Positions 21,415 to 30,822 of a DNA stretch of 64,000 nt are shown here, piece by piece. Position 1 is the first letter of the stretch. Each line of letters opens with the position of its first letter. The DNA is from Bacteroidia bacterium (GTDB lineage: Bacteria; Bacteroidota; Bacteroidia; UKL13-3), in contig OZ257140.1 in the NCBI GenBank assembly GCA_965279165.1, positions 166,244 through 230,243 on the forward strand, in the 5' to 3' direction. The notes under the pieces were generated by a model. It ran no database searches. It was not told the DNA's origin and saw only the letters and a program-made list of their open reading frames with translations. The position numbers and the translations under genes were made by a program.

Positions 21415-22616
21415 TTGTCTTTTCTTAAATCATTATAAAAAGATAACACCCGTTCGATCACTTTTGTGTTATCGTAAAAATCTTTTGCCAGTTTTTGAGC
21501 TGCCAGTTGCATACTTTGTAGTTTTTGCGGATTACGCAGTAACGATACAATTGCAGAGGCAAACTCCTCGGCATTTTGGGCCAACAACAAATGTTCCCCG
21601 TTATTGACCGCAATTCCTTGTGCGCCTAATGGAGTTGACACGATTGCTTTACCTAATGCCATTCCTTCCAATATTTTAACCCGTATGCCGCTACCGGCGA
21701 ACAAAGGTACAACCATTATCTGTTTCTGTTGCATAAACGAAACTGCATTTTCCACTTCCCCCACAATGGAAATGGATGATGATTTGTATCGATTGAAGGA
21801 ATCAGGCATACCACGTCCGGCAAGGTATAAATGTGCCAAAGGAAATGCCTCGGTAACTTTGCTCCAAACATCCTGTAAAAACCATTCCATTGCTTGTTGG
21901 TTGGGCTGCCATTCCATCGACCCCAAATGAAAAACAGAACCAGTTTCCAAGTTCGCATGGTTAGGAATTAAGCGCTCCATATCAATACCGAAAGGTGACA
22001 CAAAAACAGGACGGCTACATCCCTCCTTTTTAAATTGGGCAGCATCTTCTTCGGTTACAGTTGTTAAGGCATCAAATCGATTAAGGTATCCCAATTCTAC
22101 CTTTTTCATTCTGCGCGAAAGCAAATTCAAGTAGGTCCGTTTAAGAAACTGTTTGCTATTTTGGGCGAGTGTTTCCCAAATTCGGTACTCTACATTGTGT
22201 TCTCTTAATACGCAAATTGCTTTGGAATGGAGGCGCACCAAAGCTAAGTATGGGGCAACAAAAATCCCTTCAAAAACCACTACATCAAATTCTTTTTCGT
22301 TGAGTGTTTTTTGAATTAATTTTTCGAATGCAACCGAATAAAAGCGATCGATATTATAGGAGCTACCGGAAAATAAATTCAGAAATGCGGGCAAAACACG
22401 CACATCTGTTTGGATATCGCTTGTTCTCCAATCGGCAAGGGATTTAACTTCTTGAGGAAGTGTATCCATGTTTACATGATGTTTATTGGTATTTAGAGCG
22501 CAAACCGTTACATCAACCCCGGCATGATGATACCCTTTGGTGTAATTATAAAAACCAAGGGCTCCTCCATCTTTTAAAGGCCATGGTACACGGTGCATTA
22601 TTTGAAGAATTCGCAT
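21411..22616 (-). CDS. Glycosyltransferase family 4
   Basis: GT-B fold. The C-terminal domain carries an E(x7)E-like motif ([13 protein letters not shown]). 4-bp overlap with ribBA. Confidence 0.75.
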   Translation of the reverse strand: MRILQIMHRVPWPLKDGGALGFYNYTKGYHHAGVDVTVCALNTNKHHVNMDTLPQEVKSLADWRTSDIQTDVRVLPAFLNLFSGSSYNIDRFYSVAFEKLIQKTLNEKEFDVVVFEGIFVAPYLALVRLHSKAICVLREHNVEYRIWETLAQNSKQFLKRTYLNLLSRRMKKVELGYLNRFDALTTVTEEDAAQFKKEGCSRPVFVSPFGIDMERLIPNHANLETGSVFHLGSMEWQPNQQAMEWFLQDVWSKVTEAFPLAHLYLAGRGMPDSFNRYKSSSISIVGEVENAVSFMQQKQIMVVPLFAGSGIRVKILEGMALGKAIVSTPLGAQGIAVNNGEHLLLAQNAEEFASAIVSLLRNPQKLQSMQLAAQKLAKDFYDNTKVIERVLSFYNDLRKDK

Positions 22617-24025
22617 CAGGATATGGAAGAATTAGATTTACGAAATAGTTTTTTCCATGCAGATGGATCAAATAACCCGGAATCGTTAGCAGCCTGGTAA
22701 GTAAGGAAAATACCAATTGGCAACAATACCAAAATAGAAAGCCAGATTCCAAGTGCCGGTGATGCTGTGCCGGTTTTGGCCATTTTTTCGCCAACAATCG
22801 ATACAATATGAAATACGAGGTATAGAACCACTGAAATCACCACCGGCATACCAAATCCACCTTTGCGGATGATGGTTCCAAACGGTGCTCCGATAAAAAA
22901 CATGATCAGACAGGCAATGGATAAGGTAAATTTGCGGTGCCACTCGATTTCGTGTCGGATTAACAGTTTGTAATTGTTTTGGGTATCGCTCACCACAAAA
23001 TCTTGTGCTGATTTTAACACCCTTGCATTATTTAAAGCAGTGCTGATTACCTGTGCCTTGTTTCCTTGATAATGGTGGATGCTAAATGCCGAATCGAGTG
23101 GTTGGGCTTGCTTTTTGTCAAACGAACTATCCAGTGTTTTAAAGTAAGCGGTATAGTAATTATCTAAGGAAGTAAGACGCTTGTTATTTAAGGTTGAAAT
23201 CGAATCCATTTTATCTCTCAATTGAAAGATATTGAGCATTTGGAATCCATCCTTGAATAAGTTTTCGTCGGTACGGTTTAATTTAAAGGAGAACAAGTCG
23301 AACATGATTTGCTCCTTTCCAAACGAATACTTGGTATGGGGCATGGTTTTACCATAATTACTGAGTTTATCCATTTCCTCGTAACGGGAGCCATTAAAGA
23401 GGGTGAAAAATAGATAACGTTCGTCGGCACTCATATGCATCTCCCCTTTTTCGGCAGTCATCACAATGGGATGCAAGTTTGAATAGCGGTTATCGTAAAT
23501 CAAAATATCATACAACTCTCCGGTATTGCTGTTTTTGCTACCAATTCGCATGCTAATTCCCTCGATGCCATTGTAAAACACCCCTTCTTTAATCATGAGG
23601 GCAGGTTTTTGCTGGCGTATATCGTACAGCAAAGAAATATGCTTGAGCTTGGCCTTAGGGATGATGATATTGGAAACAAAAAAGGCAAATCCACTTAATA
23701 AGAACATAATAAGAAACATGGGACGAAAGATGCGCCAAATGGATACACCGGCTGATTTCACCGCAATGAGCTCATAGGATTCGCCCAGGTTGCCAAAGCT
23801 CATAATAGAGGCCAGTAATATAGATAAAGGCAACGCCAAAGGAATTATGCTGGCCGAAAAATAAAATATCAATTTAACAATTACGATCCAACCCAATCCT
23901 TTTCCTGCCAACTCATCGATATACAACCAGATAAATTGCATCACCAAAATAAACAATACAATAAAAAAGGTAGGCAGAAAGGACCTAAAGAATTGGAGGG
24001 TTATAAGATTATCAATTTTTTTCAA
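22616..24025 (-). CDS. LptF/LptG family lipopolysaccharide export permease
   Basis: YjgP/YjgQ topology with N-terminal TM helices, a periplasmic beta-jellyroll and C-terminal TM helices. Confidence 0.8.
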   Translation of the reverse strand: MKKIDNLITLQFFRSFLPTFFIVLFILVMQFIWLYIDELAGKGLGWIVIVKLIFYFSASIIPLALPLSILLASIMSFGNLGESYELIAVKSAGVSIWRIFRPMFLIMFLLSGFAFFVSNIIIPKAKLKHISLLYDIRQQKPALMIKEGVFYNGIEGISMRIGSKNSNTGELYDILIYDNRYSNLHPIVMTAEKGEMHMSADERYLFFTLFNGSRYEEMDKLSNYGKTMPHTKYSFGKEQIMFDLFSFKLNRTDENLFKDGFQMLNIFQLRDKMDSISTLNNKRLTSLDNYYTAYFKTLDSSFDKKQAQPLDSAFSIHHYQGNKAQVISTALNNARVLKSAQDFVVSDTQNNYKLLIRHEIEWHRKFTLSIACLIMFFIGAPFGTIIRKGGFGMPVVISVVLYLVFHIVSIVGEKMAKTGTASPALGIWLSILVLLPIGIFLTYQAANDSGLFDPSAWKKLFRKSNSSIS

Positions 24026-24043
24026 AAATCCGTTTGACTATTA

Positions 24044-24598
24044 TTGCGGGTGCAAAAATCACGAATTATACTGACAAAACAGCAACTCGATTTTGCATCG
24101 AAGGAAGAATTTCCATTAATCAAGAGGCAGGTTATGGAATCAATTTCCAATATGTTTCATGAATTGGGGCTTGCCTTAACTACCGAAATCGACCAATTGC
24201 CTATAGATTCACCCAAAATAACAAAGGGTGAAAACTATCTGCATATGCCTTATGTGGTATTGGATTATCCCAAAATTAGAGACAAACATTTCCCAATTGT
24301 ATTACGAACATTATTCTGGTGGGGGAATTATTACTCTTTAAACGTGATTTTAAAGAAGGATTTACTCGTAAATAAAGCAATAAAACTCGATGCAAAGATT
24401 TATCTGCAAAACGACGATAATCTATGGAATAACCAGGTTAAATCGGGCTATACTTATACCCAAACCATTGATCCGCATGCGATAAAGGGTGAATATATCC
24501 GCATTGCAAAAATCTTACCGATAACCAATCAATCTTTGGTAAAGGAAGGCTTAGATTGGTATAAACAAATTTTAGATCAGCTACTAAGAAAGGATTAA
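24044..24598 (+). CDS. Hypothetical protein
   Basis: ORF only. It starts 18 bp from the divergent lptFG start, so the true start may be further in. Confidence 0.4.
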   Translation: MRVQKSRIILTKQQLDFASKEEFPLIKRQVMESISNMFHELGLALTTEIDQLPIDSPKITKGENYLHMPYVVLDYPKIRDKHFPIVLRTLFWWGNYYSLNVILKKDLLVNKAIKLDAKIYLQNDDNLWNNQVKSGYTYTQTIDPHAIKGEYIRIAKILPITNQSLVKEGLDWYKQILDQLLRKD

Positions 24599-24978
24599 GC
24601 TCCTATATTCTTTTTCAACTCGTGTACCTGACTTTCCCATAATTTAGAAGTATTTACCTCATCGGCGGGTTCAACAAAATCGGTCACAACGAGAGCCACA
24701 TCATCGGTAAGCTCGTCTTGTATAATTTCGAGTTCAAAATATTCGTCGAGGGGGGTGTCTAACCAATGAAATTTAATTAAACGATTAGGTACTTTTTTTA
24801 ATACTTCAGCAATCTGTTCGTCTTTATCCCATTTAAATTTATAGGTATTGTTGTATAAATCTACATCATCCGCAAACCACTCTGATAAACCGGAAGGGCT
24901 GCTGATATAGTTATATAGCATGGCCGGCGAAGCTTTAATTTCAAATTCTAACCGTATCTTTTTCCTTTTTGTAGTCAT
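24595..24978 (-). CDS. SRPBCC (START/AHSA1-like) domain protein
   Basis: Size and pattern fit SRPBCC small-molecule-binding proteins. Start placed at the internal Met MTTKRKK. Confidence 0.4.
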   Translation of the reverse strand: MTTKRKKIRLEFEIKASPAMLYNYISSPSGLSEWFADDVDLYNNTYKFKWDKDEQIAEVLKKVPNRLIKFHWLDTPLDEYFELEIIQDELTDDVALVVTDFVEPADEVNTSKLWESQVHELKKNIGA

Positions 24979-25047
24979 TTTTCCAATTGCAGATAGTCTG
25001 CCTGTGGGCAAATATATGTTTTTATAGCTTTTTACAAATTAATAAAT

Positions 25048-25158
25048 GAATTATGAGTTATGAGATATAAGATATGAGATATAAGATATGAGTTATAAGA
25101 TATGAGTTATAAGATATGAGTTATAAGATGTGAGTTATGAGATATGAGTTATGAGTGG
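25048..25158. repeat. Tandem 12-mer repeat (TATGAGTTATAAGA / TATGAGATATAAGA), about 9 units, in a divergent promoter region
   Basis: Direct reading. The same family appears reverse-complemented at 57134-57200. Confidence 0.9.
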
Positions 25159-25275
25159 TGGGTAAACAACCTCTTTGTTCCGGATGATAAAGCAGGGAAA
25201 ATAAATTCAGGATAAGATTTCAACATTGATAGGGGTTCATTTTAAAAGGTTTTAATTCGCAGTAAACTATACCAA

Positions 25276-27735
25276 TTGACGGATTCACTTGCCATATTTG
25301 TTCATGTAATTTTGCCATTGCCATTGCCAAAATTATACACCTACCGTGTTCCGAAGGATATGGAGAACAAGGTTTCGCGTGGCAAGCGTGTGGTGGTTCA
25401 ATTTGGAAAGAAAAAATTATATGCAGGGATTGTGCGGGATATGCAGGACTCCCCTCCTTCCGGATATGAAGCAAAATATATTCTGGATGTATTGGATGAA
25501 TTTCCATTGGTATCGGATGAAATGCTGCATTTTTGGGACTGGATTAGCAGTTATTATATGTGTTCGGTAGGTGACGTAATGCAGGCCGCCTTACCGGCTG
25601 CTTTTAAGCCCGAAAGTGAAACATCGGTATCCTTGCATCCCGAATTTGATTTACAGGATACGGCAATATTAGGCGACCAAGAGTACTTAGTAGTGGAAGC
25701 CCTTACCAAGCAAGAAGTTTTGCGTATTGAAGAATTGATGGAGATAACGCAACTGAAAAATGTGTTTCCCATGTTAAAGTCGCTGTTTCAAAAAGGGGCA
25801 ATTTTAATGCAAGAAGACTTAAAGCAATTGTATAAACCTAAATTTATTACCTGTATTCGGTTAACAGAATCCTATAAAGAACCTGCTGAACAGGAGAAAT
25901 TATTTAGCTTGTTAGAGAAAAAAACAGCCCAGATAAATTTGCTGATGGCGTATTTGGTTTTGAAAAATGAGCAACTTCATGTCGAGAAAAACACTTTAAT
26001 ACAAAGAAGTCAGTCGACCGACAGTCCGTTAAAAACATTGGTAACCAAAGGGGTTTTTGAACTTTATTCACTTCAAGTAGATCGGTTGCAAACCGAAGAA
26101 ACCCCAACAGATACCTTCACCTTAAACGAAGGACAATTGCAAGCCGTGAACCAAATTAAGGAACAATTTACCAAACAGGAAGTTGTGTTGTTACATGGTA
26201 TAACATCCAGTGGCAAAACCCATATTTATGTTAAATTGATTGAAGAGCAGATTGCACTTGGCAAGCAAGTATTGTTTTTATTACCTGAGATTGCACTCAC
26301 TTCACAAATTATATTCCGATTACGGAAATATTTTGGAGATAATGCAATTGCCTTCCATTCCCGATTTTCACAAAATGAGCGGGTAGAATTGTGGCATAAG
26401 GTTAAATCCAACGAGGTAAAAGTTATTATCGGTGCACGTTCAGCTGTGTTTTTACCATTTGAAAATCTTGGGTTGGTAATAGTAGACGAAGAACATGAAA
26501 CTTCTTATAAACAACACGATCCATCTCCACGTTACCATGCACGAGATGCTGCCATTTATCTGGCATACCAACGAAAATGCAAAACATTGTTAGGCTCTGC
26601 CACGCCATCCTTCGAAAGCTATTATAATGCGATGCAAGGAAAATATGGTTTCATCCACCTCTCTCAACGTTATGGCGACATAGAACCTCCCCAAATCGAA
26701 ACAGCAAATATTGCAGAAGAAACCCGGGTTAAAACCATGTATGGGCATCTTACTTCTGTATTGCACGAACGAATTAAAACTGCATTGGACAAAAACGAAC
26801 AAGTTATCTTGTTTCAGAATCGTCGCGGATATGCGCCCATCTTAGAATGTTTGCAATGCCACCATGTGCCGAAATGTAAAAATTGCGATATCAGTTTAAC
26901 CTACCATAAATACAACGACTTATTAAAATGTCATTATTGCGGGTATTCGGTATTGCGGATGAAAAACTGTGTTGCCTGTGGTTCACACGACTTAAATTTA
27001 AAAGGAATTGGCACAGAAAAAATTGAAGATGAATTACAAATATTTTTCCCGGAAGCAAGGATAGCTCGTTTGGATTTGGATTCGGCAAAAGGGAAAAATG
27101 GTCATTTCGAAATCATTCGAGGTTTTGAATCTCATGAATCGGATATTTTAGTGGGTACGCAAATGTTGAGTAAAGGACTTGATTTTGGCAATGTATCGGT
27201 TGTCGGCATTATCAATGCCGATCAGATGTTGTATTACCCTGATTTCAGGGCATACGAAAGGGCATTTCAGTTACTTACCCAAGTGGGAGGACGAGCAGGC
27301 AGAAAGAACAAACAAGGCAAAGTAATTATACAAACTTCGGTACCAAACCACCATGTAATTCAAGAAGTGATTCAACATCGGTATGATGTTTTGTATACCA
27401 ATACCATCGAAGAAAGAAAGCAATTTTATTATCCTCCGTATTCGCGGCTTATTAAAATAATAATCAAACACAAAGACATGCAATTGGCACATCAGGCTGC
27501 ATTTGATGTGTACCAAGGAGTTTTTAAACGCATGGGCGAACACCTTGTTGGTCCGGAGGCACCAACCGTTTCGCGGATAAAAAATTATTATATCCAGGAG
27601 ATTTTGGTTAAAATAGATCGGGAAAGCAAATACTTGCTTGCTTCCAAACAATTTATTGCCGGATGCATTCGCACCACTTTACAAAACGAACGGTTTAAGA
27701 AAGCGTATATTTATATGGATGTGGATCCGGTGTAG
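25276..27735 (+). CDS. priA: Primosomal protein N' (replication restart helicase)
   Basis: N-terminal 3'-binding domain (PLPLPKLYTYRVP). Helicase motifs: Walker A GITSSGKT, DEEH. Cys-rich zinc-binding insert (CxxC x4). Confidence 0.93.
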   Translation: MTDSLAIFVHVILPLPLPKLYTYRVPKDMENKVSRGKRVVVQFGKKKLYAGIVRDMQDSPPSGYEAKYILDVLDEFPLVSDEMLHFWDWISSYYMCSVGDVMQAALPAAFKPESETSVSLHPEFDLQDTAILGDQEYLVVEALTKQEVLRIEELMEITQLKNVFPMLKSLFQKGAILMQEDLKQLYKPKFITCIRLTESYKEPAEQEKLFSLLEKKTAQINLLMAYLVLKNEQLHVEKNTLIQRSQSTDSPLKTLVTKGVFELYSLQVDRLQTEETPTDTFTLNEGQLQAVNQIKEQFTKQEVVLLHGITSSGKTHIYVKLIEEQIALGKQVLFLLPEIALTSQIIFRLRKYFGDNAIAFHSRFSQNERVELWHKVKSNEVKVIIGARSAVFLPFENLGLVIVDEEHETSYKQHDPSPRYHARDAAIYLAYQRKCKTLLGSATPSFESYYNAMQGKYGFIHLSQRYGDIEPPQIETANIAEETRVKTMYGHLTSVLHERIKTALDKNEQVILFQNRRGYAPILECLQCHHVPKCKNCDISLTYHKYNDLLKCHYCGYSVLRMKNCVACGSHDLNLKGIGTEKIEDELQIFFPEARIARLDLDSAKGKNGHFEIIRGFESHESDILVGTQMLSKGLDFGNVSVVGIINADQMLYYPDFRAYERAFQLLTQVGGRAGRKNKQGKVIIQTSVPNHHVIQEVIQHRYDVLYTNTIEERKQFYYPPYSRLIKIIIKHKDMQLAHQAAFDVYQGVFKRMGEHLVGPEAPTVSRIKNYYIQEILVKIDRESKYLLASKQFIAGCIRTTLQNERFKKAYIYMDVDPV

Positions 27736-28107
27736 TACTTAGAGTTTTAGTACTAAGTGTTTTAGTATTTAAGTTGTGAGGGGAGCTTTCGGTTTCTTAA
27801 TAATGCTAATTTCAAGAATGGTGTTGAGGTCGCAGAAAATTTTGTAAACTGATTTCCAATGGAGAGTACCAGCATATATTAAAAATCCCGTCAGGGATTA
27901 AATATCGGTAGATTAAAAAGCAAAAGGATCGAATCCCGTTAGGGATTCAACATGGTGACGCGATAAAAGTTGTGTCGCAGGAAATTACACGTAAATTATC
28001 AATCCTTTCAAATAATAATGACCAAATACCAATTAATTCTAATTTGTAAAAACAAGGATTTTTTATTGGCGCCACTTAGTACTTAAACACCCAGCACTAA
28101 AACACTA
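27733..28107. repeat. MITE-like intergenic element bounded by imperfect inverted repeats (GTTTTAGTACTAAGTG ... CACTTAGTACTTAAAC) with internal AATCCCGTYAGGGATT hairpins
   Basis: Termini at 27733-27773 and 28072-28107 are near reverse complements. There are two AATCCC-GTYA-GGGATT hairpins at about 27893-27915 and 27925-27947. No ORF. Confidence 0.35.
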
Positions 28108-28193
28108 TCTCACTCAAACCTCAAATGCTTCACACTTTTACCTGAATCCCTAAGTTCGCAGAGGGAGTCAATGCCAATGCTGCGGTGTTTTAG
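28108..28193 (+). repeat. Dispersed element copy A (CTCACTCAAACCTCAAATGCTT ... TCAATGCCAATGCTNNGGTGTTTTA) with a central hairpin
   Basis: Shares both ends (22-26 bp each) with copy B at 29969-30055. The central parts differ but both fold (TCCCT...AGGGA here). Confidence 0.8.
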
Positions 28194-28401
28194 TTCATCT
28201 TAAATTAAAAAATTGGTATTCAAAATTTCAATATCAATTGATATTTATCTTGAATTCGATAAGGTTACAAATAATTCATCATAACAACTAGTAATTTGCC
28301 TCTTAAGTTTTGATATCCAATTTAGCATTTTACCTAAACACACTTTAATAAACGCCTTAAAAAAACTATAAATTGTCTATATTTGAGAAACCAATACTAA
28401 T

Positions 28402-28641
28402 ATGACCACTACCATTCTCAAAAACGAAATAACAAAAGCGCTAAGTGACATTAACGACAAGTCATTTTTAGAAGGACTGTATACTATAATTAATGCACAT
28501 GCAGATAAGTTAGCATTTGAACTGAGTGACGAAAATTGGCGCGAAATTGAGGGCAGGAAACGAGATTACAAATCTGGAAAATTGAAAGGATTAACAATGG
28601 TAGATGTTCGCAAGAAGGTAATGAAAAAACTTGCTACATGA
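28402..28641 (+). CDS. Putative antitoxin (addiction-module component, ParE-partner family)
   Basis: 79 aa. Ends ...RKRDYKSGKLKGLTMVDVRKKV, typical of the small antitoxins paired with ParE/RelE toxins. 4-bp overlap with the downstream toxin gene. Confidence 0.6.
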   Translation: MTTTILKNEITKALSDINDKSFLEGLYTIINAHADKLAFELSDENWREIEGRKRDYKSGKLKGLTMVDVRKKVMKKLAT

Positions 28642-28940
28642 AATGTCGTGTCATTGTTCTTGAGCCTGCCGCGGAGGAGCTTGTTGATGCTGCAATGTAT
28701 TACGACTCGAAGCAGACCGGTTTGGGGATTGCATTATTAGAAGAATGGGATGAATCGCTTATTCAGATTCAACGATCACCAGAAGGATATCAAAAGAAAA
28801 AGAAGAATTTTCGCCAGGCTCGATTAAACCGATTTCCATATCTGATTATTTTTGAAATTGAAGGTTCGGATATTTTTATTAACTCTTTTATTGATGCTCG
28901 AAGACATCCAAATAAACGCTACGCAAAAAAGAAGAAATAA
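28638..28940 (+). CDS. Type II toxin-antitoxin system RelE/ParE family toxin
   Basis: 100 aa. Motif FPYLIIFEIEGSDIFINSFIDARRHP matches the ParE/RelE core. Confidence 0.7.
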   Translation: MKCRVIVLEPAAEELVDAAMYYDSKQTGLGIALLEEWDESLIQIQRSPEGYQKKKKNFRQARLNRFPYLIIFEIEGSDIFINSFIDARRHPNKRYAKKKK

Positions 28941-29089
28941 TCTTGGAATTAATATGGTTGCTGAATAACTTCAACACACAATAAGCAGCAAATTACGGTA
29001 CGATTCAAATACATCAAGATTCATCCATCATAGTTTTAGAAGGAGGTTTGTAACATTCAACTACATACAAATCCTCGTGTGAAAATTGA

Positions 29090-29722
29090 TTACTGTTTTA
29101 ACCATATTTCATTAGAATTGAATTTAACTTTTAATATTCCATACATAGGATTGTATAATAAAGAAGGAAGACTATCCTGTCCATCACCAAAAAGAGTTAG
29201 TCCATAGTACAATTTACCATTAATGCTAACACTATCATTGAAATCCAATGAATCACTAATTCCAGCCAAAATATAACCATCAAATAATAAATAATCATTC
29301 ACTTTAATATCTATTGCAGCAAAATAATTCCCATTCGAATAATACCCAACTGGTATATAAATTTTATATTCCAACATGTTTAATGAATGTTTAATATCTG
29401 CCTTAAAGGAATTTCTAATATTTTCATAATAATGTTCCGGTCCTTTACATTCGGGATAGATACCTGTTGTTTCGATATAATATTCATAGTATTTATACTT
29501 GTCTTTGCCAATTAATATTGCTGTATCTCCATTTGTACTAACATAAGTAAGCGTATCTTTTCCTAAAAAGGATATTAAACTTTTAGACTTCTCTGAAATA
29601 TTATAATAAGTAGGTGGAGAATAATAATCATCACAATCAACCTTAGATTCAGTAATACAAGAACTGGTATTAATCAATACAAATAAAGCCATAACAATCT
29701 GTTTGGTCAGTGGTGATTTCAT
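29090..29722 (-). CDS. Hypothetical lipoprotein
   Basis: Start chosen at MKSPLTKQIVMALFVLINTSSC (signal peptide plus lipobox Cys). Tyr/Asn-rich. No recognisable domain. Confidence 0.5.
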   Translation of the reverse strand: MKSPLTKQIVMALFVLINTSSCITESKVDCDDYYSPPTYYNISEKSKSLISFLGKDTLTYVSTNGDTAILIGKDKYKYYEYYIETTGIYPECKGPEHYYENIRNSFKADIKHSLNMLEYKIYIPVGYYSNGNYFAAIDIKVNDYLLFDGYILAGISDSLDFNDSVSINGKLYYGLTLFGDGQDSLPSLLYNPMYGILKVKFNSNEIWLKQ

Positions 29723-29890
29723 CACGTAATTTTTTGTAATTTTTAAAGTAAAGGTTTCAAACCATTTTTCAAAATCCTGGGTAATAATACCATTAAGTAT
29801 ACCTATCAAAATTAATTATTCTAGCAAATTTTTTATTTAAAAAAACAGATCCAAGAAAGAGACAATATCAATGATATTCATTTAACGAGT

Positions 29891-29968
29891 CACTTCAACA
29901 CATTAACACTTCAACACCTTAACACTTCAACACTCGTCCACCGTAGCATTTGCGAAGGTGGGCAACAC
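29891..29968. repeat. Tandem CACTTCAACAC 11-mers followed by a conserved 38-bp core (ACTCGTCCACCGTAGCATTTGCGAAGGTGGGCAACAC)
   Basis: The core reappears reverse-complemented at 57013-57050, next to GTGTTGAGGTGTTAAA tandem units. Confidence 0.85.
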
Positions 29969-30055
29969 CTCACTCAAACCTCAAATGCTTTACGCTCTCG
30001 CCGGAGTCGCGAAGCTCGCGAAGTGAATCAATGCCAATGCTAAGGTGTTTTAATA
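29969..30055 (+). repeat. Dispersed element copy B (same family as 28108-28193)
   Basis: Conserved ends CTCACTCAAACCTCAAATGCTTTAC and ATCAATGCCAATGCTAAGGTGTTTTA. Central TCGCGA-AGC-TCGCGA hairpin. It overlaps the last 20 codons of the minus-strand nucleoside phosphorylase gene. Confidence 0.8.
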
Positions 30056-30743
30056 CAAATTTTTCGGTTACCGTTTTATCGCTTTTCGAAGTCTTCACTC
30101 CTTCCGGAATCATCGGATTATCGCTTACCAATAACAATGCTCCTTTAGGAATTCCATTGACAAAACCAACGGTAAAAATGGTGGCTGTTTCCATGTCGAT
30201 AGCTAGTGCCCTTAATTTTTTCAGATAGGTTTTAAATTCTTCATCGTGTTCCCAAACCCTGCGATTAGTAGTATATACGGTACCAGTCCAATAATCGGTT
30301 TTATATTTTACGATGGTCGACGAAACAGCTTTTTGTAAACGAAACGATGGCAATGCCGGGACTTCCGGAACCATATAATCGTCGCTGGTACCTTCTCCTC
30401 TGATAGCTGCAATAGGCAATATCATGTCACCTAGTTTGGTTATTTTTTTCAGTCCGCCACATTTACCCAAAAACAAAACTGCCTCAGGAGTAATTGCCAA
30501 TAACAAATCCATGCAAGTGGCTGCCATGGCGCTTCCCATTCCAAAATTAATAATGGTAATACCTTCGTGGGTGGCAGTTTGCATTGGCTTGTCGCGCCCC
30601 ATTACAGGCACATTAAATTTGTTTGCGAAAAGTTCTACATATTGAATAAAATTGGTTAGTAAGATATATTTACCAAACGATTTCAAGGGTATTCCGGTGT
30701 ATCGAGGTAACCAGTCTTTTACAATTTCTTCTTTGCTTATCAT
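29970..30743 (-). CDS. Nucleoside phosphorylase superfamily protein (short AMP nucleosidase-like)
   Basis: PNP/UDP phosphorylase fold pattern (GMGSAMAAT, DMETA). The C-terminal 20 aa are encoded inside repeat copy B. Confidence 0.65.
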   Translation of the reverse strand: MISKEEIVKDWLPRYTGIPLKSFGKYILLTNFIQYVELFANKFNVPVMGRDKPMQTATHEGITIINFGMGSAMAATCMDLLLAITPEAVLFLGKCGGLKKITKLGDMILPIAAIRGEGTSDDYMVPEVPALPSFRLQKAVSSTIVKYKTDYWTGTVYTTNRRVWEHDEEFKTYLKKLRALAIDMETATIFTVGFVNGIPKGALLLVSDNPMIPEGVKTSKSDKTVTEKFVLKHLSIGIDSLRELRDSGESVKHLRFE

Positions 30744-30773
30744 AATCCCTAAGATACAAATTAGATTTCACAA

Positions 30774-30802
30774 ATAAAAAAAGCAGCCCTTAAGCTGCTC
30801 TT
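30774..30802 (-). terminator. Rho-independent terminator of T9SS paralogue 1
   Basis: AGCAGC-CCTTA-GCTGCT hairpin flanked by an A7 run, which gives T7 on the minus strand. Confidence 0.6.
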
Positions 30803-30822
30803 TCGTTTCTTTAGTTTTGACT

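Noticed and set aside
21415-21480. FMN riboswitch upstream of ribBA
   Set aside because: ribBA's start overlaps the upstream glycosyltransferase stop by 4 bp. There is no leader region that could hold a riboswitch.
27915-27950. tRNA-like T-arm motif GGATCGAATCCC
   Set aside because: It is part of an AATCCC-GTTA-GGGATT hairpin repeated twice. There is no acceptor stem, D-arm or anticodon-arm context, so it is not a tRNA gene.
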